A DNA stretch of 64,000 nt from Orbicella franksi (Eukaryota): positions 17,546,001 through 17,610,000 of the forward strand of contig OZ116710.1 in NCBI GenBank assembly GCA_964199315.1, given 5' to 3'. The notes beneath the pieces are model-generated. The model had not been told where the DNA came from. It worked only from the letters and a program-made list of their open reading frames with translations, and ran no database searches. Shown in pieces: positions 1-12,683 of this stretch. How positions within the stretch are numbered: position 1 is the stretch's first letter; each line of letters opens with the position of its first letter. The position numbers and the translations under genes are program-made.

Positions 1-1619
1 TACCATTCCAGTATCCCTATCGTCGTTGATATTTTTCCAAACACACTGTTTCCAGTTACTTGTCAGCGTCCCTGGAAGTCCCTGGGGGCCTGGAGGGCCT
101 TGACTTCCTGGTTTGCCATCATAGCCTTGGTCTCCACGTTGTCCCATGGGTCCTTGCGGGCCGGACGACCCCGCAACACCTGCTGGTCCCGCGGGACCCG
201 GACTGCCAGGGATACCTGGGATTCCTGGTGCGCCACAACAGCAACTTTGACCGCAAGTCGGTTGAATTTCCTTGATTAAAGTAGAAAGCAAAATGAGAAT
301 TTGTTAGCTCATAAAAGTTGCTTTGGAGCACAGAACGGATACATCTATTCTTCCGTTCTTTCCGAATGGTCTCTGACCTCTTTGGTAGACTGCGAGACTG
401 AATTTTTCATCCGAAAAAAAATATTAAGAGTTTCCTTTCATTACATTCATTATTGCAGCCATTACAAGAAATTGAGCATCGGATGGGTTAATTAGACGTC
501 TGTGGTCAAACCTAGCAGAAAGATTTCACAGCAGGAGCGTTTAGAGTAAAGAGAGGTTGTTAGCAATAATAGATATGTCATAATATTCACTTTGATTTTA
601 AAAATAATTTCTATTTACAAGGCTAAAGAAGTTCAAAGTAAAAAACCGAACGTTTTCGACAGTAGGTCATTTTCAGATATCATGCACTTTCTAAGGAAGG
701 AGGGGAGTGTGATGCGGTCTCTTAAAGGTGCGTTCCTTAGTACGGAGGGTTGATCATGATTCGGATCATCCGAAAGGAACACACATGAATTCGGTTTTAG
801 TCATACTTAGAGTGAGTTTGTTTGCTATCAGCAAACTGTGAACATTTTCTAAATCTTGATTTAGATGCAACTCAATATTGTCTGCATTGTCACCTGCATA
901 TGTAAGATGGTTGTCATCAGCGTACATCCTCGGTTCACAATTTGACAGACAGTTTGGAAGATCGTTAATATATAATAGAAATAGTAGTGCCCCAAAAATC
1001 CTCCCCTGGGGGACGCCAAAACTTAATGAACAACTTTTAGAGAGCGACGCGTTGATGGGGCACATTTCAGTACGATTCTCTAAATATGACTGAAACCATT
1101 TGTGCGCGTTTCCATATATGCCGTGGTCTCTTAATTTTGACAAGAGGATCTCGTGGTCAGCTGTGGCGAAGACCTTTTTTCAGGTCTAAGAAAACAACGC
1201 ATTGATTTTGCCGCGGTCAATGTTGTACGCCCAAGCGTCCGTGGCCTCAAGGAGAGCCGAGACAGTTGGGTGTATAGCACGAAAATCCGATTGATATTTA
1301 TAGATGATGTCATGCTCTTCTATGTTGGCGTATAATAATTATTGACCATAGACGATTCCTCCAAAGACCTTGGCCACAACTGAGATCACTTATGTCATCT
1401 TATCTTATTTTATCTTATCTTACCTTTTTAATCAGCCGGATTTTAAGTATTAGGGATTGATTTATACTGACTAGCTTTTTAATGTAATCAACTCACTTTG
1501 TCTTGACTTGAACTTGCACTTGATTTGCTGTCTGCTGTGGCGCAGAAAGCGATCAGCGGTAAAACGAGTAAACTTAACATGGTGTGGGAAATGTTCATTT
1601 GACTTTGATATGATGGCAT
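1..1619 (-). CDS. CTHRC1: CTHRC1-like secreted short collagen, left copy (partial). Coding exons 1497-1619 and <1-270; the 3' exon lies outside the window
   Basis: Exon 1497-1619 encodes [41 protein letters not shown] (signal-peptide-like), with acceptor tcgcag at 1625-1626 and a phase-0 donor GTGAGT. The exon starting at 270 (acceptor atcaag) encodes [12 protein letters not shown], 19 Gly-X-Y triplets and [20 protein letters not shown], and is open to the window edge. Confidence 0.85.
766..1345 (-). mobile_element. Degenerate LINE (CR1/L2-like) reverse transcriptase fragment inside a CTHRC1-like intron
   Basis: Translates across frameshifts to ...[21 protein letters not shown].., [30 protein letters not shown] and MYADD. 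Confidence 0.85.
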
Positions 1620-1650
1620 TTGATCTGCGAGTAAGAATAAATAGAGAATA

Positions 1651-2964
1651 CAGTGAAACCTGTATTAAGCGGACACCATCTATTAAAATTTCTTCCCACA
1701 TTAACTTTAAAATAAACCTGCGTGCAGCGGATGGGGACACCAATATCAAGCCATTTTGTCGCACAAAACCAGCAAAGCGGACACTTCAAGGGCTTTTTAC
1801 CTCTAAAAGCTCAGCACAGACTCCTTTAACATCGGTCAGCGATGTCATTTTAAAGCTAAGTAAATTATTTTAGATTGATACGTTTACTCGCGGCATGAAC
1901 ATTGTGTTAGACTGTGTTAGACTGTGTTACAAAAGATTTAATAATTGCGTTCGACGAAGTGGAACGCAAACCTAATTGTGACCTGTGGCTTTTCAGAGTT
2001 GGTTGCCCTGTGCATGGTTATAGGCAGAAAACCCCACATTCCTGTAAGGACACCAAAATGGCCACCCCGCTTGATTTTTGCAGGGGCATGTCACGGCCAA
2101 TAAACTGGTAGCGTTTAATGCTAAGACATGTGATAAGACATGTGGCGAACATGTGAGTATGTGAGCAGGCTATGTGAGCTCGTCTTTCCTATGGATCTTT
2201 TTTTGACTTCTTTCCATTCAGTCGCCGTACGCTTCGCTATTATGTGGTCTCAGCGTTAGGTTTGGCGAATTTAAACGCTTCGACGGTGGCATTTAACGAA
2301 ATCTGAGGGAATTGTCCTTGTTTATTAACGCGACTTGGCTTTGGGATGATAATCGTGGGAACAGCTACATTTTGATTGCATTTGTTGATTGGTTCAGTCG
2401 CGACAGATAGCTCAGTCTTTATCCGGTCGCAATTTTATTGTTTGGAATCGGTGGAAAAGTACTCTGTAGGCAAGATCCATAAGACTACTTTATTCATTAG
2501 GGGAAATACTCGAATTAGTCGCACGAAGTTTGTTTACGATAATCGACCACGCGAAACGATCACGCGATTGCAAATGCTAGCTTAGAATAATGTACGTAAT
2601 TTAAATATTCTATGAAACTTGAGAGTCTACAGAAACTGGCAGCGTCACGCAACGTATCGACAAATCGTGACCTCTTCACTAGCACGGACTTCGACACTAT
2701 GCATATCTGACTGTAAAACCTCGGTTGCTGCTGAAAAATGCTAATTTTAGCAATAGACAAAGGTTGAAAGTCAGCTAGTGAAATCATTTATTTACGGTAT
2801 ATATATGTTAATGTGAGAGCGTCGAACGCGCTCTCATAATCTCTGATTACTACTAGTTAACTAATACTCCACAATACATTAGAACCTGTTTAGAGCGAAC
2901 ACCCTGTATTAAGGGCACATTAGCGAGTGTCCCAAGGGTGTCCCTTTTAATTCAAGTGTCACTG
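1651..2964. mobile_element. Tc1/mariner-like non-autonomous element (TA-flanked), probably with nested inserts
   Basis: TA|CAGTGAAACCTGTATTAA ... TTAATTCAAGTGTCACTG|TA: imperfect TIRs with TA on both sides and no transposase ORF. Confidence 0.6.
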
Positions 2965-3743
2965 TAGTACCACAGTATGTGGTTGTGTGCAGAGATTTGC
3001 AAATTCTCCATGGGTAATTAACTTGATATCTTTTTATATAACACTAACATAAAAAGAAATAAGGAGATGTTGACTATTCCTGAAAATTGTTTGTTTGAAA
3101 ATGATCCTCAGTCAAGCGAAAGTTTCCGATCATTTTCCGAAAAATTCCAAAGATTTCTCGAAGATTTAGGAGAGACATTTATAATTGTGTTGGACTATTA
3201 CTGTTCAGTTTATTCATTAGTTTAAAAGAGACTGTCGGACAGATATTGGAAAATGTTTCGACTAACAGTGTTTCATTACTTGGCAATTGTTATTTCATCG
3301 TAAAATTGTCAGCGGTAAAAGTCTGCATCACAGTTTGTATGACGAAATCAGTCGTGGCTTACAGTCTGGTGATGTGCGACTTATGACCTCGGTTCTTCAT
3401 TCTGGTTTTGACTTACACTGTAGAAAACGACATTTGTGAGAATAGTTTCTTTTGTCATTTAGTCGAATCGTAAAGACTGGTTTTCATGTGATCTTTACGG
3501 TAGCTACAAAAAAAGTCGAGGCAGCCCACTTGACGTGAAAACTTCGTTTTCGTTCTAGAAAAAACATAGTTTGAAAAGGTTTTTGCGGGTGTGCAGTTTC
3601 CAGTATTCAAGCGCGTACCGTACAAAGTCATCCGATACATAATGTGGGTTAGCGGTTATCAAGAAATAATACCTTCAATTCATCATTTACTGAGCAAAGC
3701 AAAACAAAGTTACTGCATTTAAGTTCATCGGTTAAGTGCCTAC

Positions 3744-3804
3744 CTTGCAGCTGTGGTTGTGGAAGAAAATGGTCACAATTTGAAGAACGTTTTAGCTTTA
3801 TATA
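3744..3804 (-). promoter_or_regulatory. Candidate TATA box and short non-coding first exon of the CTHRC1-like gene
   Basis: TATATAAA on the minus strand at 3797-3804, then ~30 nt ending in CAAG|GTAGGC (donor at 3742-3743). Conserved at 32544-32604. The signal-peptide exon has a strong acceptor, which implies an upstream exon. Confidence 0.4.
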
Positions 3805-5049
3805 TCCAGTTTCTGGAAAACACCAGTGTCATGTTTCTAAAATATTAAAGTTATATTTTGGTCTGTTCCGGTTTGAAGGGGTACAGGTTAAGACATGTTT
3901 GAAAGTTGAGCACGTTCCCCCAAAAACTATCACAACAAAACTGTAAATTTGTAAACTATTCTACAGTGTTGAGGAAATATATCAAACACCGGGGACAAGG
4001 TTTTATCACATTCCTCAACACCGAAAAAAAAGTTGAAAATAGGACGTGCGGCACAGTGGAGTATTTTTAACGAACTTCGGCACGTTCTGCTCCTTACCAC
4101 GAAGATCCAATTAATACATTGTCCTTGAAGTTGGCTGAGGTTCATGATTGTTTCTTTGTGATCTATCGAAACAGCAATTCACGCTCTTAACACGTGGATA
4201 TATTTGTACGTGCGCTATAAATTACCCACCGTTAAACATCGAGGTCAACAGGTCTCACACCTGATTAGCTGCGTGTAGTGTTGTTTGTATAAGGACTGCC
4301 ACATGATTCATACATGTGAAAAGGATTTTGTTAACACCTATAAATCCTCAGTTCAGCCTGACTGACATTTATTACGGTTAATTTATTTAGCCCAAAGCAT
4401 AGCTATTGAATGTAATGCCTTCTAGTACAACAAATAATTACAAAAGAAGCTGCAAAATTACAAACAAGATGACTCTGAGAAGACAATTTTAATAAATGTT
4501 AAAATCTTCGATTACATATGTGCACAGTTAATCAATCAGCTTTAATGTACTGGTAATTTTGTAATATATTGAGGACCTTTGTAATCCCTAAACAATTTGA
4601 GGGCTTTTGTAGGAACTCGAAACCAGTCCGTTTAGCAACAACCTTACACAATTTAGCGATCCAGCAAAGGTACGTGGACAATTCACGTTTTCTGTTTGTT
4701 ACTATTTGAGACAATTCGATTGCTTCTGGAATAAAGTACATCCCCGAGGGTTTCCACCGACTGCCTTGATAATTAGTCTAGCGTCCGTTCTCCTGGTTAA
4801 GATTCTCGTCAGATAAATCTTGTCTAAAAGTTTCAATGTTTGAATCCACCACCACTTCCGTAATTGAAGTCTGGTGTGTTCCAGGCTCCAAATTTGTAAG
4901 GGTAATCGGGCGTTTTGCAGCGAGCGGAAGCTGGTCCTTTCGGCCTATCTCTCCTCCCAGTTCTCATTCCACTCACTGTCTTCCCCTTCGTCGCCATCAT
5001 TCGCGCTACGAATCCAATCTTGGTCTACGTGCTTCTGCGACCGTTGCAC

Positions 5050-7279
5050 TCACAACTGGGACACCGATAAACGACGCAGATCATGTCGCACTCCGCACGT
5101 GGCTGCATCCAGGCTGGTCTCGCCAATACGCGTGGTGGCGGTGCGGCTGGGCTCAACCGAAGCATCTCTGAAAAGGTTTCTGAAGGCGCGCTTGAATTCG
5201 TTCAACCTGAGCATGTAAATGATCGGGTTTAGAGCGCTGTTTACTCCCAGCATTACAATAACGGCAGAGCGGATTGCATCGGGTACTCCTGGGACCGAGT
5301 TTGACGGTGAGCAGGACATAGACCACCGCTGGACATAGCAGAGCACAAACGCTCCAATTACCATTACTGTAAGAAAGAAAAGGGAAATTAGAAAGATATC
5401 TATATTGATTACTAGAAATGGTACGATGGTGAACGTTCACTGATCTTAGCTGGTCTAGGGGACGCCACACCCTTCCTATCATCACACTAGCAATACAGCC
5501 TACAGAAATATACAGGGTTTACTGCAATTACGAACCAGTGGAAGGAAGAGCCGATAGACTGGAGCGTAACGAAAAGTGAAAGAGCAAAAATAATGTGGTT
5601 GGTCCTTATATCTACAATCATGGGCAAAAATATTGGGCAAATTTACACTTGTGGCGCTTTCTCACGTAAAACAAACAGTCGCGGGCGAATTCAGCTACAC
5701 TTGCTCACCCCCTCACCGTACTCGTAAGTTTTCCTGTCCTGTCTTTTTTATTGGATGGCGGACAGGGATATGGCAAGGCATTTCAAAAAGGATTTTCCAA
5801 ACTTCAGTCTGCATGTTGTAAAACACAGATAACAAATGGCAATGCAACAGCGGTCAAGGCTCGAGCTTTGGCCGGGGACAGTGTGCTGATTCTTGGTCAA
5901 GACACTATTACTAGATTGTCTCTTGTCACCCCGATACTTAAATCGGTTCCAGAAAATTTAATGCTAGGAGGTAACCCTGGGATGTACCAGCATCCGACTG
6001 TTCGAGTATTGTTCGAGCATTCAAGGCAAGTGGCCTGATGGGCCACTTAGCTTGAATGCCGACTTTGCCTTAACCTTACCCTTAGGTGTAATCAAGTGTC
6101 GTGAGCTCAAAATCATCTCCCACAGTGCAGGCGGGTACAATTGCGACACGAAAAATAAATAAATAAATAAATAAATAAGTAAAGATCGAAAAAAACAAAG
6201 GTCGACAAACCTTTACAAGGGACAATACTGGCCCTAGTAATAATTTTTATCTACGCTTCCGCGGGAGAGTATTAATATTATTTTTAATTTGCTATGACAC
6301 ACACGATGTTCGTTTCACAAAATAGGCGTTTGTAGCTCACGCTTTTGACTATGCTATCGGTTTCTTTTAGTCCTAAATATAGAATTTCCTGGTTAAAATG
6401 TGCATTTAATGTATTTTCTGTCAGTCCTGTCAGTGAGCTAATCGGATAGAATGTCATTATGCTTCGGAAACTAAATTACTATAGTAAAGGGAAACAGAAT
6501 TTAAACTATCAGTCTCTTGCTACCTATTGTCTTCATCCATTTCATCTCTTTCCTCCTCCTTCTTCTCATGTCAGCTATCTCAGGATTCAGGTTTTCGCCA
6601 GGCTCAACTCGGTTGCTCTGAAACCAAGAGATCTTAGCGATGTGGCCGTAGACGAATATCAGCACCACAAAAGGAATCGCATCGAACAGAGTGATGTTGA
6701 AGACAAGATGGACTTTGTGCAATAAGCCATGTTCACTAGTGGACTCTGAGCAACCTAAGATGCTTGTTCTAAACTGAGTGTTGTCACTGTCAACATAAAA
6801 CAGGGGCAATACCACCATGGAAACCACAGGAGCACCCCAGACTACTAACAAGGCTAGTTGTACGCGTGTTCTAGTGACAATTTCAGTGTACCTCAGAGGG
6901 TAAAGGATAGCTATGTAGCGATCGCAACTGAGTAGACAAATGTTAGCAATATCGACGTGCAAGAGTGTTGCTTGTATGATTACGAAATGCTCGCACAATT
7001 TGGACACAGCCTCAAAGTCGTAGAGCCAGATCAAGCGAAAGAGAAGACACGACAGCCAGGAGAAGTCAGACATTGCTAAGCTGGCCAGAATATAACTGTC
7101 TGGTTTTTGCGGAGGCTTCTCACGCGCCAAATGGCCAAACAAACACAGATGTTACCAACCAAGTTTGCTATGACAGTGGGGCCTAGAACTGCAGTTTGTA
7201 AGGCTGTGGATACAATACTCGGAGACGGCGCAGTGAAGCTCCCGCCAGAATGTCGAGACCCGTCAAACGAATCGCCCAT
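5050..7279 (-). pseudogene. Orphan class A GPCR type A, copy A1, frameshifted. Exons 6524-7279 and 5050-5366
   Basis: Versus intact A2: a 1-nt deletion at 7109/7110 (stop after 67 aa), plus -1 (~5331) and -2 (~5289) deletions in exon 2. LAMSD, DRY and NPIIY motifs are still recognisable. Confidence 0.85.
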
Positions 7280-7280
7280 G

Positions 7281-10138
7281 CTAGTTTGTTGGCTCGATGC
7301 CTTACAAGTTTGCGTCGCTTGATTACTAGCACTGCATGTTTATGAGCGGCGACTTAATTTTCACCTCACTTCTTTATAAATAGTTCTTTTCTTAAATGGC
7401 TTAGATAAACTTCCTCGTTATTGTTCGAGCGGCTTGCAAATTTTTAAGTAATAACAAGGCCGGAAAATAATATTCAAATCCAGAAACGAAAACCGAGAAT
7501 TCTCCTAGCACGAATCGACCGTTTACGAAACAATCCTCTTGTTTAAACGGAGGAATGGAAAGAGCTTCCGATGAAATCTCACGAGAAGAGTTTATCACAA
7601 ACTAACAAGGTTATTTAACAATATAAGTGGACAAAATACCCGAAAATTAAGAGAGATTCTTCAGGTCGCTCGCAGTACAATGTTTGTTTTCGTAATAGTT
7701 ATAAAGGCGACTTTTAACGTGTGTTTAAATTTTGAAACTTGAACGCAAAACTGCAATAAACATTTCCCGAAGTAACACAGGGGAGTATATGGAAAGCCAA
7801 ATAAATGATGAAATCCGTTAAGAGTTCAGTTTTCATGATTAAAATACCGAAATTGCCGCCCAATTTTAACAGGAAATAACATACTTTGTTTATTATCGCA
7901 GCCATTCAAAACAGTTTAATCTTTATAATCTGCCTTGAACTTTTTTCTTTTCTTTGAAACAGGTGACTATAGACAAATGCTATTAACATCACTTATTTTG
8001 TTAATCGACATTTAAATCCAGTGATACTAAGGGAGGGAAGTATGGGAAAGCACATGCCAAGTCCAGAATTTTTTTTAATGAAATTTCAGTTTAAATGGTC
8101 AAATTTCAGTACCGAAAATAACAAGAAATTAAAGAGCATACTGTATTTGGAGAGCCTTCATTGGCGAAAGGTGTCCAAGTTTTAATTAGTATTATTATTA
8201 TTGTTGTCGTTATCAATCAATATCATATGAAAGCGAGAGCAATTAAGGATTTTACGGTACGAGTGATATTTCGAAAATTCTTAGCCCAGTTTAGGCAAGT
8301 GTAATTTGAAAGAATTTCTTAAATAAAAATTAAAAATAAAAATCGTAACCACATTCAATAAAAAATTATTCTCTTTAAGTTGGAAAATTTTAAAAAAACT
8401 TGTTCGGAAGGGGTAAAAGATACAGCTGAAATCGTGCACAAAAGCCGTTACTCAAGGATAAAATTTGTTATTGTATTTGGAGAAATGTTTCACTACACTG
8501 GTATCCTAGTGAACGAGCGAGCCGTGAACATTATGTGACTTTGCGCGTCAGCGTTAGAACAAAAAACATGCAATGAAACGACTTACTTCGACCTTTCTGT
8601 GTGCTACTTGTGTTTCCGTGCCGTTTCAAAGCGATTCTAATGAGTTATAGTTTCACTTTTACATCTCTCTACATATAGAAAGGAAAACAGTGAGCATATA
8701 TTGAACAATTATGACGTTACGTCTTTTGCGTTACTTTTACATTTCAACCCTTCTCTTTGCTTATCAAAAAACATGAACGATTTTTTCTTTAAAAGTGCAC
8801 CCACTCAAGCAGGTGCAAGTAATAAAACATTAAGAAATTTCCTTCAAGCTAAGCTCGACAGCGAACTTAATGTTCCATTTTGTCCTAAACGAGCACGGCG
8901 ATCTCCACTTTATAATGCATAAATTTAAGTCACAGTGGTTGACTACGGATATACTGCGACTTAAAGAAAAGTTTGAAATTCTGGTCTGATATACTTATAT
9001 CCGGATGCTTTGAAAAACGCATCTTTAGAAGATGCTGGTTGAATATTATTCTGCTCATCAAAATTCGTTTTTAAAATAGAAGTACTTAGAGCTCAAGTTA
9101 AGGTTGTTTTAGTGGCTACTGTTCTCATGGTAACCTTCGTGTCACGAAAATGATAACAGCGTTGTCACCAACGATTGGACAGTCTTGATACCATGATTGT
9201 AGCATCAACTGATAAAGAGTGGTGATATTGGTTCATGAAAATCTAAGTCTTGGAAAGTGCTGGAAACTGTTTTGAGCCACCTTAAAATTGACACTAAAGT
9301 TACAACTCACGTGTTGCGCGAAGACGAAGTAATAAATCACGAGAAATACGATAAGAGGAAACGGTGACACAAACGTAAAAGGTGTCTCCGTCACACATGT
9401 GCCAAGTCTTCCGTTTTTTCCCTTTGTTTTATTATTACTGTTATTTTTGAAAAAAACCTCGTTTCTTTGTAACCTTCACACCTTTCCACCTGCTTTAATT
9501 AAGGATAAAATAAACAAAATTTAAGTACTTAGTTTAAATAAGTGAATAAAGTTTTCATTCATTTGGAATATTTTAATTCCCAAACCATTTTTAAGTGACA
9601 ATTGACAAGGAGTTATCGAAGACTATTTTAGCTAAGAAATGCTATACATTTTATAAAAAGTCCCTCATAAAACTTCTTTTCGTCAAATTTAAAGGTAAAA
9701 CCTACGGGAAGCATTACAATGGCCCTTAATTTTCCGCCGTTTTCTGTTGCTGTGTCAAACCTATTTCGTTAAATGTACACACAAGCTTTGACACTAGTTC
9801 TGAATCAGTTCAGTCCAAGTTTTGAGGCATAAACTTTTTAGGAAGCTGTAGTTTGGTATTTGCGTTCTTAGATCAGGCTGATTTCTTGTTCAAAGCATTA
9901 GGTTATGATTGCATTGAAATAATTACAAAGGATTTCCTTTTAGAGACGACTTTAAATATACGGCAAGGACAAAAACGAGGAAACGAACTCGAGTCGCTGA
10001 AAAAAAAAACAAAAAAACCGTATAAATCGAACGTATATACCCGGAACTGTACGTTTATCAATCGCCACTAAGAAACATACAGTTCCGCCTGCAACTGTTT
10101 CGTAAGAAATCGACCGAGGAAACGAAGTCTTAAACAAC
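7281..10138. promoter_or_regulatory. Divergent (head-to-head) intergenic region between GPCR A1 and B1
   Basis: ~2.86 kb between the opposed ATGs (7279 on -, 10139 on +). Homologous to 20213-22519, 36093-38945 and 49072-53134. Promoter function is inferred from position only. Confidence 0.55.
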
Positions 10139-12167
10139 ATGGATGGTTCTAATAGCGCTTCTAAAAGTTTTGACCCTAGTTTCACAGCGTCTCAGCCAAG
10201 TACCGTCTCTATTGCTTTACAAACCGCTGTTCTGAGCCTCACGTTTATAGCAAACTTGCTCGGTAACATTTCTGTTTGCCTGGTTATTTATGGCACGCGT
10301 TCCCTCAGACAAAGACCAAGCAGTTCTATTTTGGCCAGCTTAGCAATGTCTGACTTCTCCTTGCTGTCGTTTCTCCTCTTCCGTTTGATTTGGCTGTACG
10401 ATTTTGAAGCAGCAAACAAAGCCTGTAAACATTTTATAGTACTGTTTGGAGTACTCTTGTACGTCAGCATTGGTCATATTTGTCTTCTTAGTTGCGATCG
10501 CTACATTGCTATCATATATCCTCTGAGGTACACTGAAATTGTTACCAGAACACGCGTGACGCTAGCCTTGTTGGTTGCCTGGGTTGCTCCTGTGATTTCC
10601 ATGGTGGTCTTTCCCCTGTTTTACGTTGACAGTGACGGCACTCAGTTTAGAACAAGCATCATAGGTTGCTCTGAGTTCACAAGCGAGCATCTCTTGATGC
10701 ATAAAGTTCATGTTGTCTTCAACAGCACCCTGTTCGTGGTGATTCCATTTGTGGTGACGATTTTCGTCTATGGCCATATCGCCAAAATCTCATGGTCTCA
10801 GAGCAGCCGAGTTGAGCCTGGCGAAAACCTGAATCCCGAAACTGCTGACTTAAGGAAAAGGAAGCGAAAAGAAATGAAATGGGTGAAGACAACAGGTAAC
10901 TAGAGCCTTATTAATCCCACTAATACACATCAAATTAATTTTGCTAGTATTCTAAGTTCATTTTATCAACTTTACTTTAGTCCAGATAGCCATTCATTAC
11001 TTTTCATCTGAATCACGTGTAATGTATTTATGGTGATAACACATCACGTTCTTCTAGAATTAATCAAGAGCCCTATGTGTCATCTCCCGTCACATACAGG
11101 CAATTAGAGACCCCGTCAGTACACTAATCACGTGATACAAACACAATGCACGATTTTAATAACCGAAAAAAGCTGTTGTTACGTGAGCTACAAATTTGGG
11201 TTTGACGGCGAGAACAAGGAAGCATCTTTTTTTCAGATTATCATTAAATATGGCTTGCTTCTGAGGGATTATTGATATGGCAATGAGATGTTGCCTGCTA
11301 TAAAATGCCCAGAGTTTACATCTATAAAAGAAACCTCGAAAAAAAAGGCAGAAATCCAAACATTAGCCGGTAAGATTACATGACTTATTTTCGCTAACTT
11401 TGACAGTGAAAAGCCTGGAAAAATCCTGAAAGAGTCTCTGATTCAAAAGGAACAAACCCTCAAGTATCACCCAAATACATGCAGCGCCATGTTGAGTGCT
11501 TTTTTTTTACTGTTTTGAATGATTAGCATGGTATTCCTTGATAATCATTTGAAATTGAATTAAGAGTTTGGGCCGAAAAAAAACATCGATAAGAATGATC
11601 AATCACCAGACAGGTGTGACTTTAAAATATAGCTTCTCAGAATGAGACACAATAATATAGACCTCAAATAATTTTGGTCGAGAGTAAGGATTTGCTTTCT
11701 TACAGACTTCCTCCTGGCCTAAGTTACATTTTTTAACCTGGTTTTGGTTTTTGTGTTTGCTTTTTTCAGTTATCGCGATCGGTGCGTTCACCTTGTGCTA
11801 TCTTCCAGGATTCATCTGTATATTGCTCACGGTAAAACTTGGGCCCAATCGAGTCCCTGACGCACTCCGCCATTCCGTCATCATGTTGACGGCAATAAAC
11901 AGCGCCCTCAACCCAATTGTTTACATGTTCAGATCCAAAGAGTTCAGAATCGCCTTCAAGAAATTATTCAGAGGTACTTCGATTGTTCGCCAGCCGATTG
12001 AAGGCAAAAAGAAAGCCTGGTCACGTCTTGAAGTTTCCACGTGCAACCAACATGGTCGTCAGCCTTCATTTCCAACCGTTCCGACTGCGGATGTGAGAGA
12101 CTTAAGTTTTCATTTACCGGGAAGCTCCGAGATTGCTGTAGAAGTGACTGAAGCAAACCTGCCATGA
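10139..12167 (+). CDS. Orphan class A (rhodopsin-like) GPCR type B, copy B1, 384 aa. Exons 10139-10895 and 11770-12167
   Basis: 757+398 nt with a phase-1 GT-AG intron at the start of TM6. Motifs: GN (TM1), LAMSD, C3.25, DRY, ECL2 Cys, CYLP, NSALNPIVY. Confidence 0.92.
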
Positions 12168-12683
12168 CTAGATGTGCGACCAGCCGTGATTAGCTCTGTC
12201 TGCCTGGGTGGTGTGAGAACCAGAAGAAATGTTGACCGTTTTCTTCAACATTCAGTTTCCACTCGAAACTCGAGGTCTACATGCATTAAACTTTTTATTG
12301 TCTGGACAATGATATTATACGTTGCACCCCCTATTGGAATACCCTAGCCAGCATAGCTAGTTAAGTTTAAATATTAACTGAGGGACAGAATCAAAGATGG
12401 TTGTCAATTAATTAAGAGCACATGTCCACGAAAATCAAACATGGAGTGGCAAACTTGAAAATTTCAAAATCGCTCAAACTTTGGCTATGAGTAGTCCGTA
12501 TTGAACTATTCGTCGTTATGTGGTTCATTGCCATTTTGAAGAAAACCGCATGCCTGAAGTATGAAGCCAGAAGATATCCATTTGCAATTAGCTTATTCTA
12601 CAACTTATCCAGGTTTCAATTTCCAGGTTGTAATTTATATATGACAGTACATTTGAAAAAAAAATCTGACATTGTGCGAAAGC

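Noticed and set aside
2816-2836. GAGAGCG-loop-CGCTCTC hairpin as a terminator or ncRNA
   Set aside because: A 7-bp stem inside a repeat element with no supporting context.
3672-3750. Micro-exons (7 nt and 17 nt) encoding LQVNDELK for the CTHRC1-like gene
   Set aside because: They would need a 54-nt intron and have no start codon. The exon at 1497-1624 already supplies the ATG and signal peptide in the correct phase.
4836-5218. ORFs antisense or alternate-frame to GPCR exons (also 10288-10777, 33642-34024, 53558-53773)
   Set aside because: Shadow ORFs of real coding exons. Their recurrence is explained by the duplication.
10139-12167. Opsin or classical aminergic receptor identity for the GPCRs
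   Set aside because: No Lys at 7.43 (Gly or Ala) and no Asp at 3.32 (Gln or Phe). No gene symbol was assigned.
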